Notes: generated by a model from the sequence alone, not told the origin. Shown: positions 24,913-33,217, numbered from the stretch's first letter. The stretch: 46,602 nt of DNA from Minisyncoccota bacterium (GCA_020057185.1 JAGVGK010000027.1:1-46602), one strand, 5' to 3'. Numbers and translations: made by a program.

Positions 24913-26279
24913 CTTCTCCACTGCAAATTTACGATACTCTCGCCCGCGGGGTTATCCCCTTCCGACCGCCGGCGGGGAAAAAGGTGACGATGTACACTTG
25001 CGGACCGACGGTTTACGCGCCGGCGCATATCGGGAACTTGCGTACTTTCGTAGTGAGCGACTGGTGGCGACGGACGCTTGAGTGGAGTGGTTATCAAGTT
25101 GAATCGGCAATGAATGTGACTGATGTGGATGATAAAACAATTAAAGGGAGTCGAGAAGCTGGTCTCCCGCTTGCTGGTTTCACTAATCAATATGAGAAAA
25201 CTTTTTTTGCCGATCTTGAATCACTAAATGTTGAACGATCAGACATTGTCCCTCATGCCACTGAATATATAAAGAATATGATTGAGATGATTAAGGTCTT
25301 ACTGGCTAAAGATTTTGCCTATCAAGCCGACGATGGAATTTATTTTCGCATTGCCAAAGTGAAGGGGTATGGCGCCTTGGCTCAACTTAAAAATCAACCA
25401 TCTGATGATAAAGAGACGCCGAGCGATTTCGCCCTTTGGAAATTCTGGGACGAAGCTGATGGCGAAGTAAGCTGGGAGGCGCCATTTGGCGATAGCCTCG
25501 CCAACAAGGCGGGCAAAGGTCGGCCTGGCTGGCACATTGAATGTTCGGCGATGATCCGTGCGGTTCTCGGTGACACCATTGATCTTCACTTGGGTGGCAC
25601 GGATCTTATTTTTCCCCACCACACGAATGAAATTGCCCAGTCCGAGGCGGTGACTGGTCAACCACTCGCGAGGCACTGGCTTCATATTGCTTTCGTCAAT
25701 ATGGCGGGAGGCAAGATGGCGAAGTCAGAGGGGAATACGATTACTCTGGCTGATATCATCAATCACGGCTTTTCGCCGTTGGCCTATCGCTATTGGCTTC
25801 TCTCGGCACACTATCGAACACTAATGAATTTTTCGTGGGACGCGCTCGAAAGTTCGGCGATAGCTTTAAAAAAATTACAAAATCGCATTGCCGACCTTAC
25901 CACTGTCCAACACTCGGTGTTGGACAAAGTGGGTACGCCGATTATTGAGTATTTAAATAAATTTACGGAAGCCATCAACAACGATCTTAATTTACCGGTG
26001 GCGCTGTCTATTGTCTGGGAACTTCTTGACGATCACAATTTCGCTCCAGAAAACACGCTGGTCACCATTCTCGAATTCGACAAAATTCTAGGTCTCGACT
26101 TAATTTCCGCCACTCAACCCCTCGCTATTCCTTCCGAAGTCGCACAACTTCTCGCCGACCGCGAGTCGGCGCGAGGCGCGGGCGATTTCGCCCGCGCCGA
26201 TTCCCTTCGCCAACAAATCACCACCGCCGGTTATACTGTTGATGATACTTCAGATGGTCCTAAGTTGAGAAAAATTTAG
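24903..26279 (+). CDS. cysS: Cysteine--tRNA ligase
   Basis: HIGN and KMAKS class I motifs, plus the CGPTVY / WHIECS zinc-site context. Confidence 0.95.
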   Translation: MALTSPLQIYDTLARGVIPFRPPAGKKVTMYTCGPTVYAPAHIGNLRTFVVSDWWRRTLEWSGYQVESAMNVTDVDDKTIKGSREAGLPLAGFTNQYEKTFFADLESLNVERSDIVPHATEYIKNMIEMIKVLLAKDFAYQADDGIYFRIAKVKGYGALAQLKNQPSDDKETPSDFALWKFWDEADGEVSWEAPFGDSLANKAGKGRPGWHIECSAMIRAVLGDTIDLHLGGTDLIFPHHTNEIAQSEAVTGQPLARHWLHIAFVNMAGGKMAKSEGNTITLADIINHGFSPLAYRYWLLSAHYRTLMNFSWDALESSAIALKKLQNRIADLTTVQHSVLDKVGTPIIEYLNKFTEAINNDLNLPVALSIVWELLDDHNFAPENTLVTILEFDKILGLDLISATQPLAIPSEVAQLLADRESARGAGDFARADSLRQQITTAGYTVDDTSDGPKLRKI

Positions 26280-26304
26280 TTCATACAATAATGAAATAAT
26301 AAAT

Positions 26305-26340
26305 TATTCCGTATCTACACGATCGTGGCGTTACGGTATA
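26305..26340 (+). repeat. 36-bp dyad element, copy C (TATTCC-gtatctaca-CGATCG-tggcgttac-GGTATA)
   Basis: 14 of 18 positions are self-complementary. Located after the cysS stop, ~45 bp upstream of a TTGACA -35 box. Confidence 0.65.
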
Positions 26341-26366
26341 TTTTAATTTGAAACCATTACGCGCTA

Positions 26367-26395
26367 TTGACAAAATAATTTAATTTTGCTAAGGT
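26367..26395 (+). promoter_or_regulatory. Promoter TTGACA-N17(TGc)-TAAGGT
   Basis: Upstream of the 98-aa ORF, leaving a ~75-nt 5' UTR that ends in an AAGGAG SD. Confidence 0.5.
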
Positions 26396-26475
26396 AAAAG
26401 TGGCTTGGATCATTGAGAATCCGCCCCTAGCGCGAGGGTTTCGCGTTTAATCTGAATCTCGAAAGGAGAAGTAAG

Positions 26476-26772
26476 ATGTTCCACCCTATCCAATGGTGTC
26501 GACAAAGACGAATTCGCGCTCTGCAACTCCGTCTACTCGAGCTTGATATGGAGATTGAGCGGTACCAGAAATGCTTTGATCTTCTGGTCTCAACAACCAT
26601 GTTGGCAAGTCGTATGCCGGGGCGCATGCGACTGATCGACTTAAATGTTGATATTGCGAGATGCCAGTTCGTTCTTGACCAAGTTGGTCCTCGTTTGATT
26701 CATCTGAAGGACGAAAAGTTTGAGACCGTAAGGAAAAGGAGGAGTCTAGAACTTCTGATTGAGCAGAACTGA
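26476..26772 (+). CDS. Hypothetical 98-aa coiled-coil-like protein
   Basis: Strong SD (AAGGAG) with its own promoter and terminator. No recognisable motif. Confidence 0.55.
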   Translation: MFHPIQWCRQRRIRALQLRLLELDMEIERYQKCFDLLVSTTMLASRMPGRMRLIDLNVDIARCQFVLDQVGPRLIHLKDEKFETVRKRRSLELLIEQN

Positions 26773-26799
26773 AAAAGTGTGATGATCGTTAATGTGAAG

Positions 26800-26829
26800 G
26801 GGGTGGGCAATGCGCCTGCCCCTTTTTTT
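26800..26829 (+). terminator. Intrinsic terminator
   Basis: GGGGTGGGC-aatgc-GCCTGCCCC (two G-U pairs) followed by T7. It lies inside the track's extended dnaB ORF, which supports the later dnaB start. Confidence 0.65.
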
Positions 26830-26902
26830 ATCCCCACGCCATCCCCTCTTCATCCACCAATTAAGCTTTGCATTTTACACTTTTAACTTTACACTTGCAG
26901 GT

Positions 26903-28264
26903 ATGGCGACTGCCACTGCTCCATTTACTAAACCCGGCCTGCGTGTGCCTCCGCAGGATATTGTCGCCGAGCAGGCCTTGCTCGGTTCAATTATGGTCAA
27001 CTCGGCCGGTTTGAATGAGATTGCCTCTTCGATTAAGCCGGACGATTTCTACGCCGAGAAACACCGCCGGATTTATAAAGCGATGCTGAAACTTTTTGAC
27101 AAGAGCGAGCCGATTGACTTGGTTTCGTTGACCTCTGCCCTTCAAAGTGCCAAACAACTCGAGTCAATTGGGGGTGCTAGTTATCTCGCCGAGATCGTCA
27201 ACACGGTCCCGTCGGCGAGCAACCTTGGTTTTTACGCCGCAATTGTTCGCAAGAAATCCCAGCTTCGTCACTTGATCGAATCCGCCGAGAAAATTTCACA
27301 ACTTGGTTATGACGAAGGCGAAGACATTGATAATATTTTCGAATCCGCCGAGAAGGCGATTCTCGGAATTATCAGTTTTACGAAAAAAAGTTTTACGACC
27401 CTTAAGGATAGTTTGGCTGAAGCCTGGGAACGATTCGAGCGACTCCATAAGTCAGATGGAACGCTTCGGGGTGTGCCCACCGGTTTCAAACAACTGGATG
27501 ATAAATTAGCCGGCTTACAAAAGTCTGACCTCATTATTCTCGCCGCGCGTCCGTCGATGGGCAAGACTTCGCTGGCGCTTGATATCGCTCGCCATGTGGC
27601 GAAACAACAAATTCCCGTCTGTGTTTTTTCGCTCGAAATGAGTTCGCAACAACTCGTTGATCGTCTGATTGCCGCCGAGAGTCATGTGGATTCTTGGAAG
27701 CTTCGCACCGGTCGATTGTCGGCCGATGATGAATTTGCGCGGATTCGCGACGCGCTGGATAATCTCTCCAAAGCGCCACTTTTTATTGATGATGATGCTT
27801 CTAACAATATTACAAAAATGAAATCCGTGGCCCGCCGACTGAAGGCCGAACACAATCTCGGCTTGATTGTCGTGGATTATCTTCAACTAATGATCCCGCG
27901 TCGCGATAGTGATTCGCTCGTTCAACAAGTGACCGAAATCTCGCGCTCGCTCAAGGGTCTCGCTCGTGAGCTCGATATCCCAGTGCTCGCGCTCTCGCAA
28001 CTTAATCGCGCTGTCGAACAGCGCGGTGGTCGACCGCGGCTCTCGGATCTCCGCGATTCCGGTTCCATCGAACAGGATGCTGATGTGGTAATGTTTATTC
28101 ATCGGCCGGATAAATATGACGAGGCCTCGGACAAGAAAAATATCGCCGAAATTATGATTGAGAAGCACCGCAATGGTCCGACCGGTTCGATTGAACTCTA
28201 TTTCGACGAACAGCGCGTGAGCTTCACGAGTATTGAAAAAAGTGATTTCGGCGCGTTTACTTAA
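26903..28264 (+). CDS. dnaB: Replicative DNA helicase
   Basis: PPQDIVAEQALLGSIM N-terminus, Walker A ARPSMGKTS, and the LSQLNR and DLRDSGSIEQDAD motifs. No intein. Confidence 0.93.
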   Translation: MATATAPFTKPGLRVPPQDIVAEQALLGSIMVNSAGLNEIASSIKPDDFYAEKHRRIYKAMLKLFDKSEPIDLVSLTSALQSAKQLESIGGASYLAEIVNTVPSASNLGFYAAIVRKKSQLRHLIESAEKISQLGYDEGEDIDNIFESAEKAILGIISFTKKSFTTLKDSLAEAWERFERLHKSDGTLRGVPTGFKQLDDKLAGLQKSDLIILAARPSMGKTSLALDIARHVAKQQIPVCVFSLEMSSQQLVDRLIAAESHVDSWKLRTGRLSADDEFARIRDALDNLSKAPLFIDDDASNNITKMKSVARRLKAEHNLGLIVVDYLQLMIPRRDSDSLVQQVTEISRSLKGLARELDIPVLALSQLNRAVEQRGGRPRLSDLRDSGSIEQDADVVMFIHRPDKYDEASDKKNIAEIMIEKHRNGPTGSIELYFDEQRVSFTSIEKSDFGAFT

Positions 28265-28272
28265 TTTAATTT

Positions 28273-28278
28273 TATATT
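28273..28278 (+). promoter_or_regulatory. -10 box (TATATT) 9 nt upstream of the recR ATG
   Basis: TATATT-ttttaatct-ATG with no SD. Confidence 0.35.
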
Positions 28279-28287
28279 TTTTAATCT

Positions 28288-28917
28288 ATGCCCGATAATA
28301 TTGTTGATCGTCTCGTGGAGATTTTCCGACGCTTTCCCGGCATTGGCCCGCGCCAGGCGCGTCGTTTTGTTTATCACTTGCTTCACGAAGGGCGAGGGTC
28401 AATCGATCGTTTTGTCGCTGATCTCCGCGCGCTTCATACGGCGGTAACACAGTGCGAGCAGTGTTTCCGTTTTTATTCGGCCAACACTAATTATCGCTCG
28501 GGTCACACTTGCGATCTTTGCAGTGATAGTAGCCGAGATAATAGTCTCTTAATGATTGTGGAGAAAGATGCTGACTTGGAAGCCATCAGACAATCGGGTA
28601 CTTATCAAGGAAGCTTTTTTGTTTTGGGTGGGCTAATTCCGATTTTAGAAAAAGATCCTAGATCCAAACTTCGTCTCCCTGAACTGAATGCGACCATCAC
28701 CAAACGGTTGAGTGAAAAAAGTTTAGTCGAAGTGATTGTCGCCTTGGCAGTTAATCCCGAAGGCGATCACACCATTGAAATTCTTAAACAAACGCTTGAA
28801 CCGTGGACCAAGAAAGGATTGAGGTTGACTGTTTTAGGCCGAGGACTTTCGACCGGCACCGAGTTGGAATATTCCGATGCCGATACAATTAAGAACGCGC
28901 TGGAGAATCGATCTTAG
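28288..28917 (+). CDS. recR: Recombination protein RecR
   Basis: FPGIGPRQARR helix-hairpin-helix, CxxC...CxxC zinc finger, Toprim region. Confidence 0.93.
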   Translation: MPDNIVDRLVEIFRRFPGIGPRQARRFVYHLLHEGRGSIDRFVADLRALHTAVTQCEQCFRFYSANTNYRSGHTCDLCSDSSRDNSLLMIVEKDADLEAIRQSGTYQGSFFVLGGLIPILEKDPRSKLRLPELNATITKRLSEKSLVEVIVALAVNPEGDHTIEILKQTLEPWTKKGLRLTVLGRGLSTGTELEYSDADTIKNALENRS

Positions 28918-29227
28918 AAATTTTAACTTTAGTGAAAAGCTGACGATGACCGCGCTTCACGCGATAGCGGACTTTCGGTTTGTATTTAATCACCACCACT
29001 TTCTTGCTCTTGCCGGTGGCAATCACTTCGGCGGTGACGGTAGCGCCAGAAATAGTTGGCGTGCCGAGAATTGTTTTCTCACCGTCGTCGGTGAGTAGCA
29101 CTTCCTTAAACACGACTTTCTTCCCGACTTCCCAATTAGCCGAGTCAGACAATTTCTCAATCGTCAAGGTTTCGCCCTCGGCGACTTTATATTGTTTTCC
29201 CCCGGTTTTAATCACTGCAAATTTCAT
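28889..29227 (-). CDS. rplU: 50S ribosomal protein L21
   Basis: MKFAVIKTGGKQYKVAEGETLTIEKL. Start trimmed to ATG 29227. The 3' end overlaps recR by 29 nt. Confidence 0.9.
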   Translation of the reverse strand: MKFAVIKTGGKQYKVAEGETLTIEKLSDSANWEVGKKVVFKEVLLTDDGEKTILGTPTISGATVTAEVIATGKSKKVVVIKYKPKVRYRVKRGHRQLFTKVKISKIDSPARS

Positions 29228-29279
29228 TACTTCATTATACATATTGCCTATTTTTGCGCAAGGCGGTAGAGGCTGGTTT

Positions 29280-29720
29280 CTATTTCCAGTATTGTTGGAA
29301 AAATTCTTGAGGCGTGACGATAATAGTGGGCAGAGAAAACTTTTTTAATTTCGGCGTCAGGAAATCTTTTCGATCTAAGGTGATTAAGAAATCTGCTTTA
29401 TTATCCAACGCCCCGGCTAAGATTGGAGCATCTTCTAAATTGATCAAGTTACTAATCTTTTTTACCCGACTAGGTTTGGGATTAGAAACGATGTTGATTT
29501 TACTCCATTCGAACAGCAAATCTAGTTTGTTGAGATTGGTAAAATATTTGCGACTGATTACTTCTCTCACTTCCATTTGAACATACTGATTGATATAAGT
29601 TGTCAAATTACCGGCTCTAGATTCACGACAGAGACGAAAAGAACCGCCCGTCGAAGAAAGTGTTGCGGCGACGAGGATACTTGAATCTAGGAAAACCCTT
29701 ACTCGCGATAACGGTGTCAT
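29280..29720 (-). CDS. PIN-domain ribonuclease toxin (VapC-like)
   Basis: VFLDSSILVAA (N-terminal Asp) and DAPILAGAL...ADFLITLDRKDF acidic motifs. Confidence 0.8.
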   Translation of the reverse strand: MTPLSRVRVFLDSSILVAATLSSTGGSFRLCRESRAGNLTTYINQYVQMEVREVISRKYFTNLNKLDLLFEWSKINIVSNPKPSRVKKISNLINLEDAPILAGALDNKADFLITLDRKDFLTPKLKKFSLPTIIVTPQEFFQQYWK

Positions 29721-29909
29721 TTAACCAAGTGATGGATATGATTTGCGAAATAATTCCTTACGAATCTTCTTCGCTAGCGGTTTAACTTTTTTCCAAATTA
29801 AAATGTCTTGATCGGGAGCGACTTCTTCCCACCCCAGCCGATAACGACGTAAAACGGTCGCAATTTCACGTCGCGCTTGAGTAATTGGTTTTTCAATAGT
29901 GTTAAGCAT
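29721..29909 (-). CDS. Putative cognate antitoxin (62 aa)
   Basis: Small ORF abutting the PIN gene start with no gap (its stop at 29721-29723, the PIN ATG ending at 29720). No recognisable DNA-binding motif. Confidence 0.5.
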   Translation of the reverse strand: MLNTIEKPITQARREIATVLRRYRLGWEEVAPDQDILIWKKVKPLAKKIRKELFRKSYPSLG

Positions 29910-29946
29910 GTTCCTAATCCTACCCTACTTTTCCCCTTCCGCCAAC

Positions 29947-29975
29947 TTGACAACCAAATTTAGTGATGCTAACCT
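29947..29975 (+). promoter_or_regulatory. Promoter TTGACA-N17(TGc)-TAACCT
   Basis: -35 at 29947-29952 and extended -10 at 29967-29975. No annotated + strand gene before the terminator at 30052-30099. Confidence 0.45.
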
Positions 29976-29981
29976 AGACAT

Positions 29982-30099
29982 GGGTAGTTTGAGTAGGTCA
30001 TTGGCAAGTCAGAGTTAAACCTTGATGGTGTTTGTTATCATCATCGAACCGCGCCATCGAATAAACTCTCACGAGTTGCCGGTGGCGTTTTTTATTTTT
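29982..30099 (+). ncRNA. Candidate ~115-nt sRNA (or leaderless 12-codon micro-ORF transcript) upstream of gdh
   Basis: Promoter as above. Internal hairpin GAUGGUG/CAUCAUC. Terminator CGCCAUCG...CGGUGGCG followed by TTTTTTATTTTT. Confidence 0.3.
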
Positions 30100-30120
30100 C
30101 ACCTAGTATCTCATAAAATC

Positions 30121-30144
30121 CACGACCGTATTTTTTATGGTATA
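30121..30144 (+). repeat. Partial copy D of the dyad element (CACGACCGTA-N8-GGTATA)
   Basis: Core variant CGACCG, with the right arm GGTATA one nt further out than in A-C. The left arm is weak. Overlaps the gdh -35 box. Confidence 0.35.
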
Positions 30145-30170
30145 GACAAATGTTTCTATTCGATTAGAAT
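30143..30170 (+). promoter_or_regulatory. Promoter TAGACA-N16-TAGAAT, 8 nt upstream of the gdh ATG
   Basis: TAGAAT-atagatct-ATG with no SD. Confidence 0.45.
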
Positions 30171-30178
30171 ATAGATCT

Positions 30179-31273
30179 ATGGTAGATAATATCGGTCCAA
30201 AATATATCATCAAAGTTTATAATCACGAGTTTGGCGTGCACGGCGTCTTGGTGATTGACAATACTAAACTCGGTCCGGGCAAGGGTGGAATTCGCATGAC
30301 GCCAACGGTTGGTGAAGAAGAAGTGGGTCGGCTCGCGCGCGCCATGACTTATAAGAACGCACTCGCCGGCATCCCCTTCGGTGGGGCGAAGGCGGGTATC
30401 GCTTTTGATCCCAAAACGATTAACCCTAAATCGGCTGACGCCGATCGGGTAAAAAAGAAAATCGTCGAATGGTTCGCTCGTGAACTTAGACCTTTGCTAT
30501 TTAAATATTACATTGCCGGTCCAGATATCAATATGACCGAGAAAGAGATGGCGATTTTTGTGCGCGCCGTGAGTAACAAGCGCACCGCGACCGGCAAGCC
30601 CAAACACTTAGGTGGTCTACCGCATGAGCTTGGCTCGACTGGTTATGGTGTCGCGGAAGCAGTTAAAATTGCTTTGGCACATAAAGGAATTCCCTTGGCT
30701 GGCGCTCGCGTGGCGATTGAGGGTTTCGGCAATGTTGGCGTCTTCGCCGCGCGTTTCCTCACCGAAGCGGGAATGAAAATTGTGGGGATCTCGGATTCGA
30801 AAGGAGTAATTTATAATCAGAACGGTTTACCATGGAAAGAAGTGCTTAAAGTTAAAAAAGTGAAGGGTTCGGTGATCAACTTTTTAAATAGCGAGAAATT
30901 AAGTAATGACCGAATTTTTACTCTGCCGGTGGATGTGCTGATTCCCGCCGCTTTGCCCGATGTCATCAACGCCAGCAACGCCGATCAGATCAAAGCGTCC
31001 GTGATTGTGGAAGGCGCGAATATCGCGGTCACCCCCGAAGCGGAAGCGAAACTCTTGGCTCGTGGTGTGCTAATTGTTCCCGACATTATTGCCAATGCCG
31101 GTGGGGTCATCTCCTCTTACGCCGAACATCGCGGTTATTCCGCCGAAAAAATGTTTAAACTAGTCAAACAGAAAATTACGAAAAGTGTGACTACTGTTCT
31201 GGCCGAATCTCAAAAAACTGGCGAATCCCCCCGCGTTGTAGCCATAAAAATAGCAAAGCAAAAATTGTTTTGA
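30179..31273 (+). CDS. Glu/Leu/Phe/Val dehydrogenase family enzyme (short, ~364 aa form)
   Basis: Catalytic GPGKGGIRM motif and NAD-binding GFGNVG. Substrate (Glu versus branched-chain) is not assignable from the sequence alone. Confidence 0.85.
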   Translation: MVDNIGPKYIIKVYNHEFGVHGVLVIDNTKLGPGKGGIRMTPTVGEEEVGRLARAMTYKNALAGIPFGGAKAGIAFDPKTINPKSADADRVKKKIVEWFARELRPLLFKYYIAGPDINMTEKEMAIFVRAVSNKRTATGKPKHLGGLPHELGSTGYGVAEAVKIALAHKGIPLAGARVAIEGFGNVGVFAARFLTEAGMKIVGISDSKGVIYNQNGLPWKEVLKVKKVKGSVINFLNSEKLSNDRIFTLPVDVLIPAALPDVINASNADQIKASVIVEGANIAVTPEAEAKLLARGVLIVPDIIANAGGVISSYAEHRGYSAEKMFKLVKQKITKSVTTVLAESQKTGESPRVVAIKIAKQKLF

Positions 31274-31340
31274 AATTTGCTTTTCAAAAAGAAAACAAGT
31301 AGTGTTATTGTAGTCACATGATCTTTGAAAGGAGATGTGA

Positions 31341-31841
31341 ATGAACCAGCAGCAAAAAGAAATAGAGAGAAAACTAAATAGTACGAGTTACCCTCTCTGG
31401 GGATTTGCTTTACCCACTATTGGTCGGGTAACAGGAAGATGTACAGGGGATATTTATTGTTTTGGAGACAATTATGGATTCGAAAATGGTAACGGCGTAG
31501 AATATGAGGAAGAAGATTATGCAGTCTTTCTTGAAAAAGTACGAACTCTGGAGGATTTGCGTCAGGGTTTACAAGAGTTAAGCCCTTTCGCTAACGATGC
31601 TTTGGCGATAGCTGAAACAATGGACGAGGAAGAATTTATCGAATTTAAGATCGCCCTGGCCTACGAGAGAGGAATAATGATGGCCGGTGTCGGTGAAAGT
31701 AAACTTACAAACAGATACTTGAGTTTAGTTCTGCCAACTTGTCTTTTGAAAGCTGCCCCACTTGCGCGAGAGGCCAATGTTTCTATCGGTGTAGCCATGT
31801 TGCGACTGGTTGAAGAAGGTATCGACATATTTCCCCCCTGA
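31341..31841 (+). CDS. Hypothetical 166-aa protein
   Basis: Strong SD (AAGGAG) and a terminator downstream. No recognisable motif. Confidence 0.55.
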   Translation: MNQQQKEIERKLNSTSYPLWGFALPTIGRVTGRCTGDIYCFGDNYGFENGNGVEYEEEDYAVFLEKVRTLEDLRQGLQELSPFANDALAIAETMDEEEFIEFKIALAYERGIMMAGVGESKLTNRYLSLVLPTCLLKAAPLAREANVSIGVAMLRLVEEGIDIFPP

Positions 31842-31844
31842 ACG

Positions 31845-31871
31845 CCGCTATCTTTCGATAGCGGTTTTTTT
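31845..31871 (+). terminator. Intrinsic terminator
   Basis: CCGCTATC-tttc-GATAGCGG followed by T7. Confidence 0.75.
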
Positions 31872-31995
31872 ATAAACTCGGCTTGCGGAAGTTTTGCTTA
31901 AAAGCGTTCTTTTTGCCGGGCGCACCCTTGAACCACGACGGCGTGCGGTATGCCGGCTTACCTTGCTTCCCGCCCGTTTTGTCATAATTTTTCAT
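31870..31995 (-). CDS. Possible 41-aa highly basic micro-protein overlapping the rmuC stop
   Basis: MKNYDKTGGKQGKPAYRTPSWFKGAPGKKNAFKQNFRKPSL. It fills an otherwise empty, relatively GC-rich 110-bp gap. No SD. Confidence 0.25.
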   Translation of the reverse strand: MKNYDKTGGKQGKPAYRTPSWFKGAPGKKNAFKQNFRKPSL

Positions 31996-33070
31996 ATGGT
32001 TTTTCAATAGTTAACGGTTCAATTTCTGAACCAGTGTTGGTAATTCTAATCACATCCTTATCAATTTTTCCAAATTCTTTCCGCGACGAATTGAAGTGAT
32101 TAACGGTCGTAGCAAGCGCGTTGCCGAGTTTGTCGTGGTAATCTTCATAACTTCGGAGATGCTTCTGCAAATTCTCAATATTTTTGCGAATCTCTTTGGC
32201 CGATTCCTCGATTTGCAGAGCTTTCAATCCTTGCAACACGGTTTGCAAATAAGCCAGGAAAGAAGTGGGCGAGACAATAATAACATGCTTTTCTTTGAAA
32301 GCATACTCAATCAAGTCGCGAGTATTGAGCTTGACTGTGCCCACTTGTGCCACGAGCAGATCGTAATAAATTGCTTCGTGCGGAATAAACATAAAGGCAA
32401 AGTCCATTGTTTTCTCGGCGGGCTTTACATATTTCGCCGTCTCATCAATTCGGCCCTTGAGATCTTGCTTGAAAAGTTTTTCCAATCGTTCTTTCTCGGC
32501 TGGATCGCGCTCACCCACGAGCCGATTATAGTTCTCGAGCGAAAATTTGGAATCAATCGGGATAATCTTATCTTTTACAAACACGACCGCGTCCACAATC
32601 GTGCCGTCGGTAAAAGCGTATTGCATCTGATAACTGCCCGGCGGTAAAACATTCTTGAGTAAAGTTTCGAGATAATACTCACCCAAAATCCCGCGTTGTT
32701 TCGGATTTTTGAGAATGTCTTGAAGCGACTGGAGTTGATCGGTGAAAGAAATGACCTGTTTATTGGTTTCGTCGAGCTTGGTCAAGCGCTCTGTCACATC
32801 GCGGACAATTTTGTTCGTCTCCCCAAATTGCTTCTCGAGTGATTGGTGTACCGTCTTATTTGATTCCACCAATCGCGCGTCGAGGACGCGTGAGAGCTCG
32901 GCATTGGTTCGCGCCAGTTCGTTCAACTGGTTCTGAATTAGAAGTAAACTCTGATCATTTGCTCCGTTACTCCCCTCCTCTTTTCGCCGGCCCATCACGC
33001 GAGCAACCACAATCCCGACCCCGATCCCGACCACGGCAATAATTACGAAAGTAATAGTAGTATTAGACAT
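31982..33070 (-). CDS. rmuC: DNA recombination protein RmuC
   Basis: N-terminal TM helix, a long coiled coil, and a C-terminal RmuC nuclease-like domain (MFIPHEAIYYDL...VSPTSF). Confidence 0.88.
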   Translation of the reverse strand: MSNTTITFVIIAVVGIGVGIVVARVMGRRKEEGSNGANDQSLLLIQNQLNELARTNAELSRVLDARLVESNKTVHQSLEKQFGETNKIVRDVTERLTKLDETNKQVISFTDQLQSLQDILKNPKQRGILGEYYLETLLKNVLPPGSYQMQYAFTDGTIVDAVVFVKDKIIPIDSKFSLENYNRLVGERDPAEKERLEKLFKQDLKGRIDETAKYVKPAEKTMDFAFMFIPHEAIYYDLLVAQVGTVKLNTRDLIEYAFKEKHVIIVSPTSFLAYLQTVLQGLKALQIEESAKEIRKNIENLQKHLRSYEDYHDKLGNALATTVNHFNSSRKEFGKIDKDVIRITNTGSEIEPLTIEKPYEKL

Positions 33071-33143
33071 GATTTGATTTTAGCACAATTGCCATAATTT
33101 GCTAAAAGCTATAAGCTGAAAGCGACCTGCTCGGCCCTATCGT

Positions 33144-33191
33144 TCCCGATCCCGATTCTACAAGGAATCGCGGATCGCGGATCCTCGATTT
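33144..33191 (+). repeat. 48-bp direct repeat, copy 1 (upstream of the GIY-YIG gene)
   Basis: 47/48 identical to 33483-33530. Contains an internal hairpin GATCCCGATTC/GAATCGCGGATC. Confidence 0.85.
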
Positions 33192-33217
33192 CGTAAACGA
33201 AATCGGGACTAACTATT

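Noticed and set aside
21914-26340. Interpreting the dyad elements as integron attC sites / a cassette array
   Set aside because: The elements are dispersed among essential genes on both strands. There is no intI or attI, no RYYYAAC/GTTRRRY ends, and only one unit is actually bracketed.
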